Source: Conidiobolus incongruus B7586 (Eukaryota). From it: 34,699 nt of DNA. Under the pieces are notes generated by a model. The model did not search any database. It was not told where the DNA came from and was given only the letters and a program-made list of their open reading frames with translations. The stretch covers positions 1 to 34,699 of the forward strand of contig JNEM01011441.1 of assembly GCA_000697335.1 (NCBI GenBank), read 5' to 3'. The position numbers and the translations under genes are program-made. This document shows positions 1-12,274 of this stretch, one piece after another. Each line of letters begins with the position of its first letter. Position 1 is the first letter of the stretch.

Positions 1-593
1 TAAATCGAATCAGTATTAGTCCATTCCTGAAAAGCTTCCTCTCCATCAAAGAACACTAATTGAATAGTAGTTGAATTATTGCTAGTTTGGCTTTTTTCCA
101 ACAAAGAATTCAATGTCATAGCCATATCCAACAGTAAAGCACAAGGAACTGCCGAATCAGTAGCTCCGACGAATGTATTCTCGGGTTTGGCAAAGAATTT
201 AGAATCGAAATGAGCCGCAAAAATAATTTTCGTTTGAGCATATGGGTTTTTGGTGGCGATAACATTGGTAAATTCAATAGGACCGTGAGGGGTATTATCT
301 TCGAAAGTATCCAATTCGATATGCCAATTTAAAGTTGTTAACTGTTCCACGATAAAATTGCGAACTTTGGTATTATTCACTGTTCCACTCACTCTTGGGA
401 TAAGCAGGGGCGCGAGTAGAGCGCCTTTAGGTTTGAGACGGGATGGAACCGAAAGAGATTTTAATTCTTCTAACTCTAGTTTTCCATATTGTTTGGTACA
501 GCGTTTACATTTTAAGGGTGAACTCAGGAGATTAGGTATATAAAATAAAAACAGAGTGAACTGAATAAAAATATTAAAATTTATTGATTTCAT
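1..593 (-). CDS. QPCT: Glutaminyl-peptide cyclotransferase (peptidase M28 family), 3' end outside the window
   Basis: Open frame from ATG at 593: hydrophobic N-terminus (MKSINFNIFIQFTLFLFYIPNLLS), then LIPRVSGT, FTNVIAT, AAHFDSK, FVGATDSAVPCA and LVFFDGEEAF..WT..DSI, the zinc-binding motifs of glutaminyl cyclases. Confidence 0.93.
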   Translation of the reverse strand, partial: MKSINFNIFIQFTLFLFYIPNLLSSPLKCKRCTKQYGKLELEELKSLSVPSRLKPKGALLAPLLIPRVSGTVNNTKVRNFIVEQLTTLNWHIELDTFEDNTPHGPIEFTNVIATKNPYAQTKIIFAAHFDSKFFAKPENTFVGATDSAVPCALLLDMAMTLNSLLEKSQTSNNSTTIQLVFFDGEEAFQEWTNTDSI

Positions 594-825
594 TGATGTA
601 ATAGAATAATATTGTAATTTTATATGGATTATAGATGAGAAGATTAGTGTACAATATTAAAAATAATAGCAATAATTATAATTAAAATTTGGATGAGTGA
701 TCAAGATAATTCAGAGAATGTAAGAAATTTAATTATAGTTATGATAATGCTTATGGTATTGTAGATCAAAACATTAAATGAGACTTGATAATTAAAGGTT
801 AAAGATTAAAAATTCGGACCAAAAA

Positions 826-899
826 TGATCTCGCTCAGATTCGAACTGAGGACCGTCTGTGTGTTAGACAGACGTGATAACCAACTACACCACGAGATC
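826..899 (-). tRNA. tRNA-Val (anticodon AAC), intronless
   Basis: Reverse complement folds as a cloverleaf: acceptor stem GATCTCG/CGAGATC, D arm, anticodon arm TCTGT-CTAACAC-ACAGA, T arm CTCAG-TTCGAAT-CTGAG; followed by a TTTTT Pol III terminator (821-825). Confidence 0.97.
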
Positions 900-1536
900 C
901 TGTTAGCAAACTCTTTCTCAAACTTACATATTTTACAAACAATAGATAATTATTTTTTCAGTGATCTATAATATAGGTTTAATCTATAACTAATTTAAGT
1001 AATTAAGTTTTTAAATTTTTTTCAATACTTTTATTAATTATTTTTTTTTAATTTATATTATTCTTATATAAAAATCTTGCAATCTCTCATTTCGTTCTTA
1101 TCATACAACCTTGGTTAAATAATTATCACAATAATATTAATTAATTATAAATTTTCATCGGTATCGACAAATATTAAATGATAAGCTACTTATCAATAGA
1201 TGATATATATTGATTTAAATATCTTATAAAATATTATATTTTGACATGTTCTTGAAATAATAGTTATACCATAGCCAATCGGTAAGATGAATTATTACAT
1301 ATTAACCAAATATAAGAAATTTTTTGAATATTACTAATAAATCACCAAATTATTGTGCAAAATTAAATTATATTTTTTGAACCTGTAGGAATGATTAATT
1401 GAAATATTGATAATTCTATATATAAATGTATCAATCTATAAAATGAAGTTAAAATCATAAAAAATAATATTCAATAATTAACAGGATATAAAATACAAAA
1501 ATAATATTGAATTTAATATGAGGTTAATAAAACAAA

Positions 1537-3298
1537 TTATTCCCATTCAATGGTACTGGGAGGCTTAGAGCTAACATCATAGACGACACGGTTGACACCC
1601 TTGACTTCGTTGATGATTCTGCTGGAGATGTGCTTGAGAATATCATAGGGCATAGGGTACCAGTCGGCAGTCATGAAATCTGTACTTTCAACAGCTCTGA
1701 GGGCAATGACTTGTTCGTAAGTTCTTTGATCGCCCATGACACCAACGGATCTGACTGGGAGTAAAGCAGCATAAGCTTGAGAAATCTTGCGGTATAATCC
1801 AGCCTTCTTGATTTCTTCAATGTAGATGTGATCAGCGTGGCGAGCGATAGCAACTTGAGAGGGAGTAACTTCACCCAAGACACGGATAGCAATACCAGGA
1901 CCAGGGAAAGGATGGCGCCAGACTAATTCTTCATCGATACCCAAGACTTGACCAAGAGCTCTAACTTCATCCTTGAACAATTCACGTAAAGGTTCGATTA
2001 ACTTTAATTTCATGGTGTCTAAGAGACCACCAACGTTGTGATGAGATTTGATGGTAGCACTAGGTCCCTTGAAGGAGATGGATTCAATAACATCGGGATA
2101 CAAAGTACCTTGGAGAAGGAATTCGATTTTACCGTGACCAGATTGAGCAGTTTGGACGTCTAACTTGGCAGCTTCGGCTTCAAAAACTTCAATGAAGGTG
2201 TTACCAATGATTTTACGCTTCTTTTCGGGATCAGTGACGCCCTTGAGCTTGCTTAAGAACAATTCGCTGGCGTCAGCAACTTGGAGGTTGATACCAAGCT
2301 TTTCGGAAAGAATTTTCTTGACATTTTCACATTCGTTCAGTCTCATGACACCGTTGTCGACGAGAATGGCGTGGAAACGATCACCGATGGCTTCCTTCAT
2401 CAACTTGGCAGCAACAGTACTGTCGACACCACCACTGACGGCACCAACAACTTGGGCAGTGGGACCAACAATGGTACGGATTCTTTCGATTTCGGTTTCA
2501 ACAAAGGATTCCATAGTCCAGTCAGCCTTACATCCACAGATGTTCAATACAAAGTTCTTTAAGAGAATAGTACCTTTGGGGGTGTGGGTAACTTCGGGAT
2601 GGAATTGTAGACCTAACACATTGTTAATAATAGCTCATTAATATGTATTTGGATATTACCAAAGATGTGCTTTTCTTCGTTGGCAACAGCAGTGTAGGGA
2701 GAGTTGGGAGTGTGGCCAATGACACGGAAACCAGCAGGGATTTCACTGACAGCATCACCGTGACTCATCCAAGCCTAATTATTGTATATTTAGTATCTAA
2801 AAAGTAAAATTGAGTATACAATGCAAACTTACAACCATGGAGTCATCAATGCCTTCGAATAAACGATCAATGAAGGGATGATCTGGGTGCTTAATGATAG
2901 TAACGTTGGCATGGCCGTATTCACGCTTTTCACAGGCGGCGACCTTACCTCCCAAGTGGGTGGTGAGTTCTTGGAGACCGTAGCAGATACCCAAAATAGG
3001 GACTCCTAAATCGAAGACAGCAGGGTCAACGTGGGGAGCATCGGGAGCAAAAACGGAGTAGGGACTTCCAGATAAGATAACACCTATTCTTCTGTTAGTA
3101 TATTATTTTCATACTATTGCTATGGAATATACCTTTAGGTTGGAAGTTGAGTTCACTGATCTTTTGAGTGCAGGGGAGTAATTCACAATAGACACCAGCT
3201 TCACGGACTCTTCTGGTGATCAAGTGGGAGTATTGGGAACCGAAATCCAAAATTAAAACGGTATCGTAGATTTTATGAACGGGGGCGGCAGCAACCAT
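1537..3298 (-). CDS. GUA1: GMP synthase (glutamine-hydrolysing), 4 exons: 3133-3298, 2833-3083, 2660-2774, 1537-2612
   Basis: [17 protein letters not shown] (catalytic Cys), [23 protein letters not shown]-loop, KPPSTIEWE terminus; three GT-AG introns of 49, 58 and 47 nt keep the frame. Confidence 0.98.
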
Positions 3299-4617
3299 TA
3301 TGATTTAATAGAGTATGATATATATAAATTACAGATCTATAAGTATAATAACAAATGAATAGCTAATAAGCTGAATTTGTTATTATTTCAGAGTTATTTT
3401 GTATTCTATGTTATGACAAAATGCTCTTTATATAAAATTTCTTGATGATTTAATACTTTTGACCTTGAAAATGAGTTTATGGGTACAAATCATCTTGAAC
3501 TATCCGCTGATATTTGGGTTAATCCAAAAGTCAAATTTGTTAGATTTCTATATTTAGTAATTCACTAAATTTAAATATTAGATTGTGCTTTATTTATTTC
3601 TAAGCATAATAGTTATTTGATCAATCTTTTAGTTAAAAAATCAATTAAGAATTATCAATATATATTTTTTTAACACAGTTCAACTTTCATTTATTTTATT
3701 TAATTTTTTTTACACTAAACGCATTTCTAATCTTTAATTTGATTTTAAATTTGATAACTAAATTTATCAAAAAAAGTGAAACAATAGAATTTTCTTCCCA
3801 CTTAAGTTCAAATTAATTAAAAAATTTTGACTATTTGATTTGATTAGTTATGAAAAAAACTTTTTTACTGGAAACTGGAGATCTCATTACTAAGACTCAA
3901 TAGGCTCGGGATGGATAGTGAATAATTTTACTGAGAGAAAAATAATTGTTCACTTGACAATGTTTTAATCTTTATAAAATCTTTTATTTTATTAGAATTA
4001 TAATATTAATAATCAAACTTGTAAAATAATTAAATCTAAATTATCATGTTTTCAATTTTATCGTTCTTAAATTCTTAAAAATTATAACAAGAGTAAAATC
4101 TTTATAATTGTTTAAATTGTTCCTGAACTTTCAAAAATTAAAAGCAAAATTCACATAGTTGGTTAATTTATTCGTTATTAATTAAATGTTTCTAGTTTGA
4201 TGATAAAAAAACTGGAACAAATTTTAATTGAGTGAGAATAGTATGACTCTGATGAACTTTCGGATCAATTCTCTTTGGCAAACATTTTATCTATCAACAT
4301 TGGATATTTAACGTATGAATAATAGAAAATAGTGATATTTTATTGTATTATATTATTAATCATAAAAAGCTTTTCGCTTTATTGGTTTAAAAAGCAAGGT
4401 TATATACTTAAAATTACTATCAATGGAATTATTTTTTATCATTGCTAGAGAAGTTTAAATTGGAATTTTACTAAACATTAATTACTTTTGATTTTCAATG
4501 ACAAAGGTATATTATATCTAATACATATATTTTTATATATGTAATAAACTAGTTATGAGAATATTACAAAAATATTTCAAAATAACTAGTGAATTATAGT
4601 TTGAATTTTATAAAATA

Positions 4618-6887
4618 TTATAACTCTGTAGTCTCAATCAAATCTTTAAGTTCTACAAGATCTTGTTTAATATCCTAATAAATTATATATATATATATAT
4701 ATTAATATTAAATAATAAGGGTACTAGATAAGTTTACCTGATATAAATTTTCATCAGGAATAGTGATATCTTGATAGCCAGTATGAGGAACTTCTTTATA
4801 GTGAGCGATTAATTGTTCAATAATGTTTTGATTAGCTAAATGATTGTTAATATCAAAACAAAGTAAAATGATATTATAATTTACTTGGATTAGGAAAGCG
4901 AAATGGATCATAATTTTCTATCTCAAGCTTTTGAATCATTTTCGCAAATTTTGCAATATTTTCTATTAATTTATAATTGATTAATAATTTTATGAATTAA
5001 TGCTTATAATTATCAATACCTTGCCTTGTTTCTATTTGATTTGAAGATGGATCTGAAAAAGTTTCTAAACTGCCTATCTCTAATTCACGGTATTCATGTC
5101 GATAGGGTAATAACGATAGAGATATACAATAATGTTGATTCTCATCATCACCATTACCACGAATGCTCTAAAATCATCATAATGAATATATTAAAATTGA
5201 AATAATAAAAAATATTGATTACAATAGGGATGATAGTGCCAAATAAAGGTTTGTGAGATTGTGGATGAATGAACCAAACCAAACCAATTTGGTTTCTTTC
5301 ATGTAATTTACCACTTAACGTTCTCAGTACATTATTATTTAGTGAAAAACCCTAACCAATAAGATTAATTTAATTGTATAAAATTATATAAATCAATTAC
5401 TTCTTTATGAGGTTTAATACAATAAGATTTATAAATATTCTCCAAAATCCAATTCTTTTTAGAAATAAATCCAATTAGATAGATTCCTATGTTATATAAT
5501 AATTATAAGTCAATTAATCACAAACGTTCTATTGATTACCTGATAAATGATTAGGTTTTTCAATGTTATTCTAAAGTATACAAATCAATCAAAAGAATAA
5601 GTTATAATATATTTGAATATTACTTCAATAGGCTCAACTTCATTGAAATCATTATCGTCATGGTCATCGTAAGCTTTCTTCTTTAGAGGGTATTGCTTCT
5701 TATAAAATTCAAAACTATGAAAATAATTAATATAATTGATAATAATACGAGTGTTTAAATTACCATTGAATATCAATTTTGAAATCGTTACAAATTTGAA
5801 ATTCTGTTGAAAATGTGTATGCTTGAATGGAATCCAACTGTTGGACAAAATAATTAAATTCAGCGTAATTGCTGAAGGATTTGGGCAAATTGATTTGATC
5901 AATAGGTGGTCGATTACATGGTTGAGCATCAATTACATATTCCTAATTATAATCATTTATAAGCCAATGATTGTATAATGCTCACAGAAAATTACCTGAA
6001 AAAAGGAATTGTAATTAAAAGGAGTATCATGAGTTCCCAATCCAACAATCGTCACCAAGATGTCCATTTCGATTAATTTCTATAAAAATTAAAGTTATGA
6101 GTCAAGTCAAGTCAAATACATTATAATATGTCAAATACTTGAAAACAAGTTTTAAATTTAGCTAAATCTACCAACGGGCTGGAGTCATTCGTAAACCAAA
6201 TAATTTCTTTTTTGCAATATATTTGAGTCTGTCTGATATACAACGTTATAATTCAATGATATATTAATAAATATTAAGTAAATACATACCTATTAGAAAA
6301 CAGCTCAGCCGAATAACTAATTAAATCATGATATTTGGTACATAAATCACCAAAAGCTATATTATTTTGAAACATAGAATCTAAATTATATATTTAATCA
6401 ATAAATTGTTATGAAGGTTAGCATAACTATATACCGTTTTTTACGATCAGTTCTAGAGCATTAATTAAGCTATAGTCTAAAGGTTGAATATTGTGATAAT
6501 TATATATCCCTTCGATTTTGAGATCGGTCATCGATGTAGTTAATTTCTGTTAATAAATATTAGTAAATACAATATTAAGTTGATAAACATTGAATACCGT
6601 ATTATAAAATATAGTACCGATAGAATCAACCCAATGATTATTCAACTTAGATTTTAATAGTTGAATCAGTGCCAAAATAGTTTGAATTAAAATTGGTTTA
6701 CGATCGTTATTATCTTTAACTTGGGACGATGGGATAAACGGAATATTCATCATATGAGAACAGTCAATTAATATTAGTGTCTCTTTCTTTTTACTATACT
6801 AAATATACATAATTTATAATTAGATAAAAATACTAAAATATTTTTTTAAAATAAAACCTTTGGATGACTAGTAGAATCTTCTGTCAT
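4618..6887 (-). CDS. Divergent Ku70-like protein (vWA + beta-barrel + helical arm, no SAP domain), 15 exons, ~500 aa
   Basis: Manual splicing gives one continuous frame: ETLILIDCS, DSIGTIFYNT, KEIIWFTNDSSP, FNYNSFFQ, FKIDIQCFEFYKK, GIYLIGF, QIGLVWFI..PLFGTII, SLLPYRHEYR, YDPFRFPNP, QDITIPD, in Ku70 order; all intron phases compatible. Confidence 0.8.
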
Positions 6888-7624
6888 TTTAAATAACTAT
6901 AACTATATTATCTTATTATTTATACTGGTTTAATTGATGTATTTTTAATGAAAAATAGAATATTTTCAGTAATTTGTTTAAAACAAGTTTATTACTGTTA
7001 TATTTATAACTTATAGTTTTATAAATCAGAAAAAAACTATTATGGGATTTTTTCTGAAAAAACTGAATATTGTTTTTAATCATTAATATTTTGATTAATA
7101 TAAGAAATAGATAGTATAATTGAATATGAGAAAACAAAATATGATTAATTGTTTTCGAAAGATATTCAATTATTAAAATATATTTCGATCTTTTTTGTAT
7201 TAATATAAAATGATATATATGAACCATATTTATTTATATTAATATGATTCAATGATTAGTTTTAATAGCATTCAGAAAATCAGTCTGATGAGTGATAATA
7301 AATACTATTACAGATAAATTATATAAGCTTGACAACTGATATCAATGCAATATAATAACAAGTATGTATATTTCATATTATAATGCTGTATTCTTAAGTT
7401 AAACAAAATGAATTTGGGATTATATCATAGAATATTATAAAATATTTGAAATCAAATGTCAATAAAGCTCTACTATAATTAAATGTTTAGTTATTAGCCT
7501 AATAAGAATATTGTTAAATTAAATATTGAATCAATTGAAATATAAAATAATGAATTATAAGTTACAAATAGATAATGATTAAGTAAATGAATGATAATTG
7601 TAAATAATTTATTAATTTATTAAT

Positions 7625-8962
7625 TTATTTTTTTTGATCTAAGAATTTTCGCACTCTAGCTAATCTAATTTTCTGCTCTTCTGTCAAATGATCTAAATTG
7701 GTAAATAAATACTAAATTTTTCACTGTATAATATAATTTCAAACCTGTAGATTCTTCTTTAGTCGATGGTGAAGGTATTGATTGTTCTTTAGTAGTGGTA
7801 ATAGTATTAACTTCTGGATCAACTTTATCTGTAGCATATTTGATAATAGGCTCTGGTTGTTTAATATATTGTTCTAAGCGATATCTATAGTATTTATAAT
7901 CTCTATGGTTAGGCGATAAAAATCTATATTTGGGATCATCTATATGATTTTTAATTAGCATGTTTTCTAATTGCGTTCCATTCCTAGCAATGAATGGTAC
8001 AATTGTCTCAATACATTCTAAAATCTCGCTGGATTCGGGTAATGGAGGTACAGGATCTGATTCCTGAACTTTGGTAGTGCTAGTATCGAGTTCATCATCA
8101 GAATCTGATGCTAGTGAATAATTATATAAGCCCATTTTGAGTAATCTGCGAATATGCAAGAAAAAGGGATTGAGGGGGTCATTTTTGTTTAAAAAGCTGA
8201 ATTGGGGATTTCCTGACTGCTTCGTTTGGATAATGATTTCCATATGTGGATTATCACTATTTTCAATGAATTTAGCTGTTCTCTCAATAGTTTCAAAAGT
8301 TTTGCGATCTTTAGGCTATTGAAAGTAATCAATAAATTGCATAGGTTTATATTTGATTTATATGAAATTACTACTTGAACTCCTTCGGGTGCAAGAGATC
8401 TAAAATCATTATCTGAATCTGAGGATTCAGATTGTTTCTCTGCTTCATCTTTAATTTCACTTTCTTTTTTCTCTAGCTTTCGTTTTCTTTTTTCAGCTAT
8501 TGTTAAATATATGAGCTTTGTGTAAATATTCAGAGAATCATACTTTTAATTACCAACATATTCCTGTCTTTCAAACTCATCCATATCAAATAAATCCTCT
8601 TCCTCTGAGTCCAAAAACTCATATCTCATTTTATTTAAAAACTCCTCGTTGCTGCTATTAGATTTAGTTTGAATAGGTGAATCATTCTCAATATGTAAAT
8701 GTTCCAACAAATTTCTAATATCATATCTAAAAAAAACAATAAGATAGCACTCAACAAATAAATAAATATATAATTACTTATCAACCAATATGTCTTCATG
8801 TTGATATGTAGTAGATATTAGGTATTGTTTGGGGTCATTATTAAAATTAAATAGCTTGGCATTATAACCACATAATGTATATTCTTCCTCTTTTTGTTTT
8901 TTGATTAAATGCCAATGCTCTTTCTTATTAGAATTATGCTTTCTTTTATTACTATAACTCAT
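7625..8962 (-). CDS. SFSWAP / suppressor-of-white-apricot-like splicing regulator (DRY_EERY + 2 SURP domains), 5 exons
   Basis: LCGYNAKLF, ILVDK|YDIRNLL and FLNKMRY (DRY_EERY); SURP1 TIERTAKFIE..MEIIIQTKQSGNPQFSFL..PLNPFF; SURP2 IETIVPFIARNGTQLE..PKYRFLSPNHRDYKYYRYRL; last exon QKIRLARVRKFL, stop at 7625-7627. Confidence 0.85.
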
Positions 8963-9842
8963 ATTTTCTATGTAAGATGTTAAAGTTAAAATAATTGTAT
9001 ATAACTATATAATCGAATTTTATCATAACATTTATGGGTTTAATTTTTTTATTCAATTTTAAAGCTTTGGGTAATTTAAAATAAAAAAGTCAGCATACTC
9101 TATAGAATATATTATATTTAACAATTCAATATACTACTTATATAAAGAATATGATCGATGAAATTTATAATATTTAAATGTAATATTGTAAATATTATAA
9201 TCTTTGCGGTTCATTCATGCGAAATAGTAAAATATTGGCAATCTTTTGAAAGCTATTAATTTTGACAATACAACCATTGATTTTCATTTCAATACATAGA
9301 TTAGGAAACAGATTCAATCAAGCTTTTAATAGATACAATTTTTATGGATTAAATGTTATGAAATTGAAGATATTGAATTGAAGAATAATAAATCTAATCA
9401 GTTTCTTGGCTTGTGCTATCAAAATAATTATCTTACATATTTCTAGCTTTGCAATATTGAATTCATTTGGCTTAATTTCTAATAATGTATAATTAAACCT
9501 GTATTTGGACAGGATAATTAAATTATTGGCTTGAAGGATTAAGAAAATAAAATAAAATAAAAAAGTTTTGCTATCCATTTTGAACCATATATCTATAAAT
9601 GTATAAACGTAAATAAGTTAAAATGATGCATGAAAATTTAGAATGCTTTCTGATTCAGAAAACGACACAATGTGAACAAAATAAAACAATGAAATAATAT
9701 CAATTAACAATAAAATGTAATTTTAACGTTAACAACATATAGATATTTTATTGTCTTGAAAAGGTTGATATACAATGTGACACTTTCTATTTTTAAGGGA
9801 GCTGGAATAATTCAATAAAAGTATTAACAGAATTGGAATTAG

Positions 9843-10910
9843 TTAATTGAGTACAATGGTGTTCTGGGAAGATGATAGGTTTCCTCTCCATGCCATGTAT
9901 CTAATAAATATTTTAGTATTCAAGTTGAATAGTTTTCAATTTTAATGATTTTAATAAATACCCTGTTCCTAAACCTATGCAAAATCCAGCACCAAAAACA
10001 AAAGCAAGCTTCACTCTCGGGTCGTCACTAAATAAAAGTTAATACAAACAAATTGAATATTAAAATAGTATATTATAATACATACAGTGACATTGAATCA
10101 AAATTATATCGATTTTGAGCTGTTTTCCTTTTTACTCTCCTTCTCCTTGGTCTAGGAATGGAATTATTTGATTGTTCTGTTGGTTCAGGCGGTCTTGTCA
10201 TAGGCACTCGCTGCGTTAACTCGGATTGTGTGTTAATATTATTGGTTGGCCTGCAAGGTTCATTGTGATCGATTTTTCTAACCATTATAGGCTCAACACA
10301 ATCATATTCAAAAAATTCATCCGAAGGACCGGCAGGGTCTTGCGGAGATTTAGAGGGTAAAATAGGAGAGGAAGCTGGTGTTGGAGTAGCATCGGCCAAA
10401 GAGTAAATATCTTCTGAAGGACTAGGAGGAAAGTTGGTCTTTTGGGTTGTGGAGTCGTTTCTAGGTGAATAAGAAGCCACTAGAGTAGGATTTTGGACGT
10501 CTACTTGAGTTCTAATTGAGCTAGTTGATTGAAAAAGATTATTTAAGCTAGCTCTTAATTGCTCAATTACTAAATTTTGGTCTTCATCCTGATTTTCAGG
10601 TATTGTGTTAGGTTTTGAAGAATTTATTACTATTTTTGCTTCGATTATTTCTTTTTCAGGTTCTGATACATAAGGAGACATTTCTCCGCTCGATATTTGA
10701 ACCCAAGCATCTATCCAAAAAAGTGAATATAAAGTTAGTTGAAATAATTTAGAACCCACCTTTGTACCAAGCAGGAGTCTGTGTACCACTAGTGACAGGA
10801 CTTTTTAGAAAAGTCACTTGAATTTCACAGCCATCTTTGGAATGAGTGGTGGGTTGGCTTGCCCAAAGATAGTTTGGGTTTGATTGAGAGGAGCTATTTT
10901 GTTTCTGCAT
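9843..10910 (-). CDS. Orphan disordered tail-anchored protein (candidate BNIP3/NIX-like mitophagy receptor), 4 exons: 10760-10910, 10086-10710, 9962-10027, 9843-9900
   Basis: GT-AG introns (the first has a CTAAC branch point) join MQKQNSS..WYKDAWVQISSGEMSP, an S/P-rich middle, PRPRRRRVKRK and the C-terminus LDDPRVKLAFVFGAGFCIGLGTGYMAWRGNLSSSQNTIVLN*. The gene model is well supported; the function is inferred. Confidence 0.8.
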
Positions 10911-10963
10911 ATGGAGTTAATAAGATATTGGAATGGTCTAATTAACTATATTTTTGTTTTTGA

Positions 10964-11067
10964 TTATATAATAAAAGAATAAAGGTGAAAAATGATGTGA
11001 GTTAATGTGCCTAAGGTTAAATGATATTTTTTTATTGGCAATGAATCGTAAGATAGGCTCAACCAAT
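10964..11067 (-). promoter_or_regulatory. Putative core promoter of the tail-anchored protein gene
   Basis: TATA-like TTATATAA at 10964-10971, ATTGG at 11034-11038 and CCAAT at 11063-11067, in a GC-enriched patch upstream of the ATG. Confidence 0.35.
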
Positions 11068-11842
11068 CAGAGGTTACCCTGAGGACCCTTTAGCCAGTCA
11101 CATTTAGTCTCTTATCCCATTCCTTAATATGAATTAAATTTAAACAATGATAACATTTAGCAAACAATTATCACAATGGATTTTAGGCAAATTTTAAACC
11201 TCCAAAATTATTTGATTTATTTAAATTTATTATTTTTATTTTATTGAAATATGGTTTATTTTAAATATATATAATATTATATAATTCATAAAAAAAATTT
11301 ATAATATTTTGAATTATATTTTTAAACTTTCACTCATTATATATACATTTGTAATATAATATATCAAAAATTTAGTTTATTAAATTTTGTGTGTAATAAT
11401 TTGTGGTCAAATATTTGGTATACTTCTATTTATCTAATTTTATTACTGTCAAAATTATTTAATGTCATATTCATTTCATTATTTAAATTCTGAAAATATT
11501 TTAAAGTATTTTATTTATATTTGATACAATACTAAATTAGGGAGTTAATTGTCTGTCATAATTGAGTGGTAAATTGAATAATTCATTTTATAGTATTTTT
11601 CAATTTTATTGGAGAACTATGATACATGTCTAAAATTATTACTTGAATAAAAATTTTAAAATGAACATATTATTTGTACATTTTGAGTAGCTTGAAATAA
11701 GATGTTTGAGTTTATTATTTAATAAATTCCAAATTGGGACAATTTGTCCCATAATATTTATAGGAATTTTGATAATATATAAATTTTCAAATGACTAGTT
11801 GGAATTTTCAAAATAATAATATATCAAATAATAAATTTCAAA

Positions 11843-12274
11843 ATGGATCAACAAAAATTACAACAGCTAAACCAAAAGAAAAATAAATTATTACATGTTT
11901 TATACAGGGAAGAAGAATATTTGAATAATTTATACGTTACAATATACGATCGTTTACATAGGTTACAAGCTGAAGAAAGTGCTCTATTATATATGATGGA
12001 AAATGCTCGTCAAAGGGAAGCTGGTATTCTTAATGCAGCTCAAGAACATCCTTCAACCAGTAAAAACAAATTCAGACTCCCTGGTGAAGAATCTGAAGAT
12101 GACGGTGAATTAGAATTAGAATATGATGAAGACGAGGAGGAAGACGGTGAAGGCGCTCTTCACCAAAATCAGGAAGAAGAAGAGGAGGAAGAAGATGTTG
12201 ATGATGATGTAGCAAGAGCTGCTCTCAAAAATCTTTTGGATTCCTATCAAGGAGATTTCCAATACCAGTCTTAA
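11843..12274 (+). CDS. SNAPC5: SNAPc subunit 5 (SNAP19)-like protein, intronless
   Basis: LYREEEYLNNLYVTIYDRLHRLQAEESALLYMM aligns without gaps to human SNAPC5 LRKEEETLLRLKAALHDQLNRLKVEELALQSMI (recalled), followed by an acidic E/D tail as in SNAPC5. Confidence 0.75.
   Translation: MDQQKLQQLNQKKNKLLHVLYREEEYLNNLYVTIYDRLHRLQAEESALLYMMENARQREAGILNAAQEHPSTSKNKFRLPGEESEDDGELELEYDEDEEEDGEGALHQNQEEEEEEEDVDDDVARAALKNLLDSYQGDFQYQS

Noticed and set aside
358..543. 61-aa plus-strand ORF
   Set aside because: Antisense shadow of the glutaminyl cyclase gene
1671..2641. ORFs 1671-1892, 2165-2641 and 2281-2562
   Set aside because: Alternate-frame or antisense shadows of codon-biased GUA1
4244..4249. TGACTC (Gcn4/Bas1-like site) upstream of GUA1
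   Set aside because: Single hexamer ~950 nt away; expected by chance
6916..7227. 103-aa minus-strand ORF
   Set aside because: I/K/N/F/Y composition typical of random AT-rich DNA; lies in the Ku70-like upstream region
7285..7340. Possible box C/D snoRNA or hammerhead core (CTGATGA...CTGA)
   Set aside because: Too short, no terminal stem or ribozyme helices
9342..9578. 78-aa minus-strand ORF
   Set aside because: No recognisable motif; cannot be told apart from chance or a decayed relic
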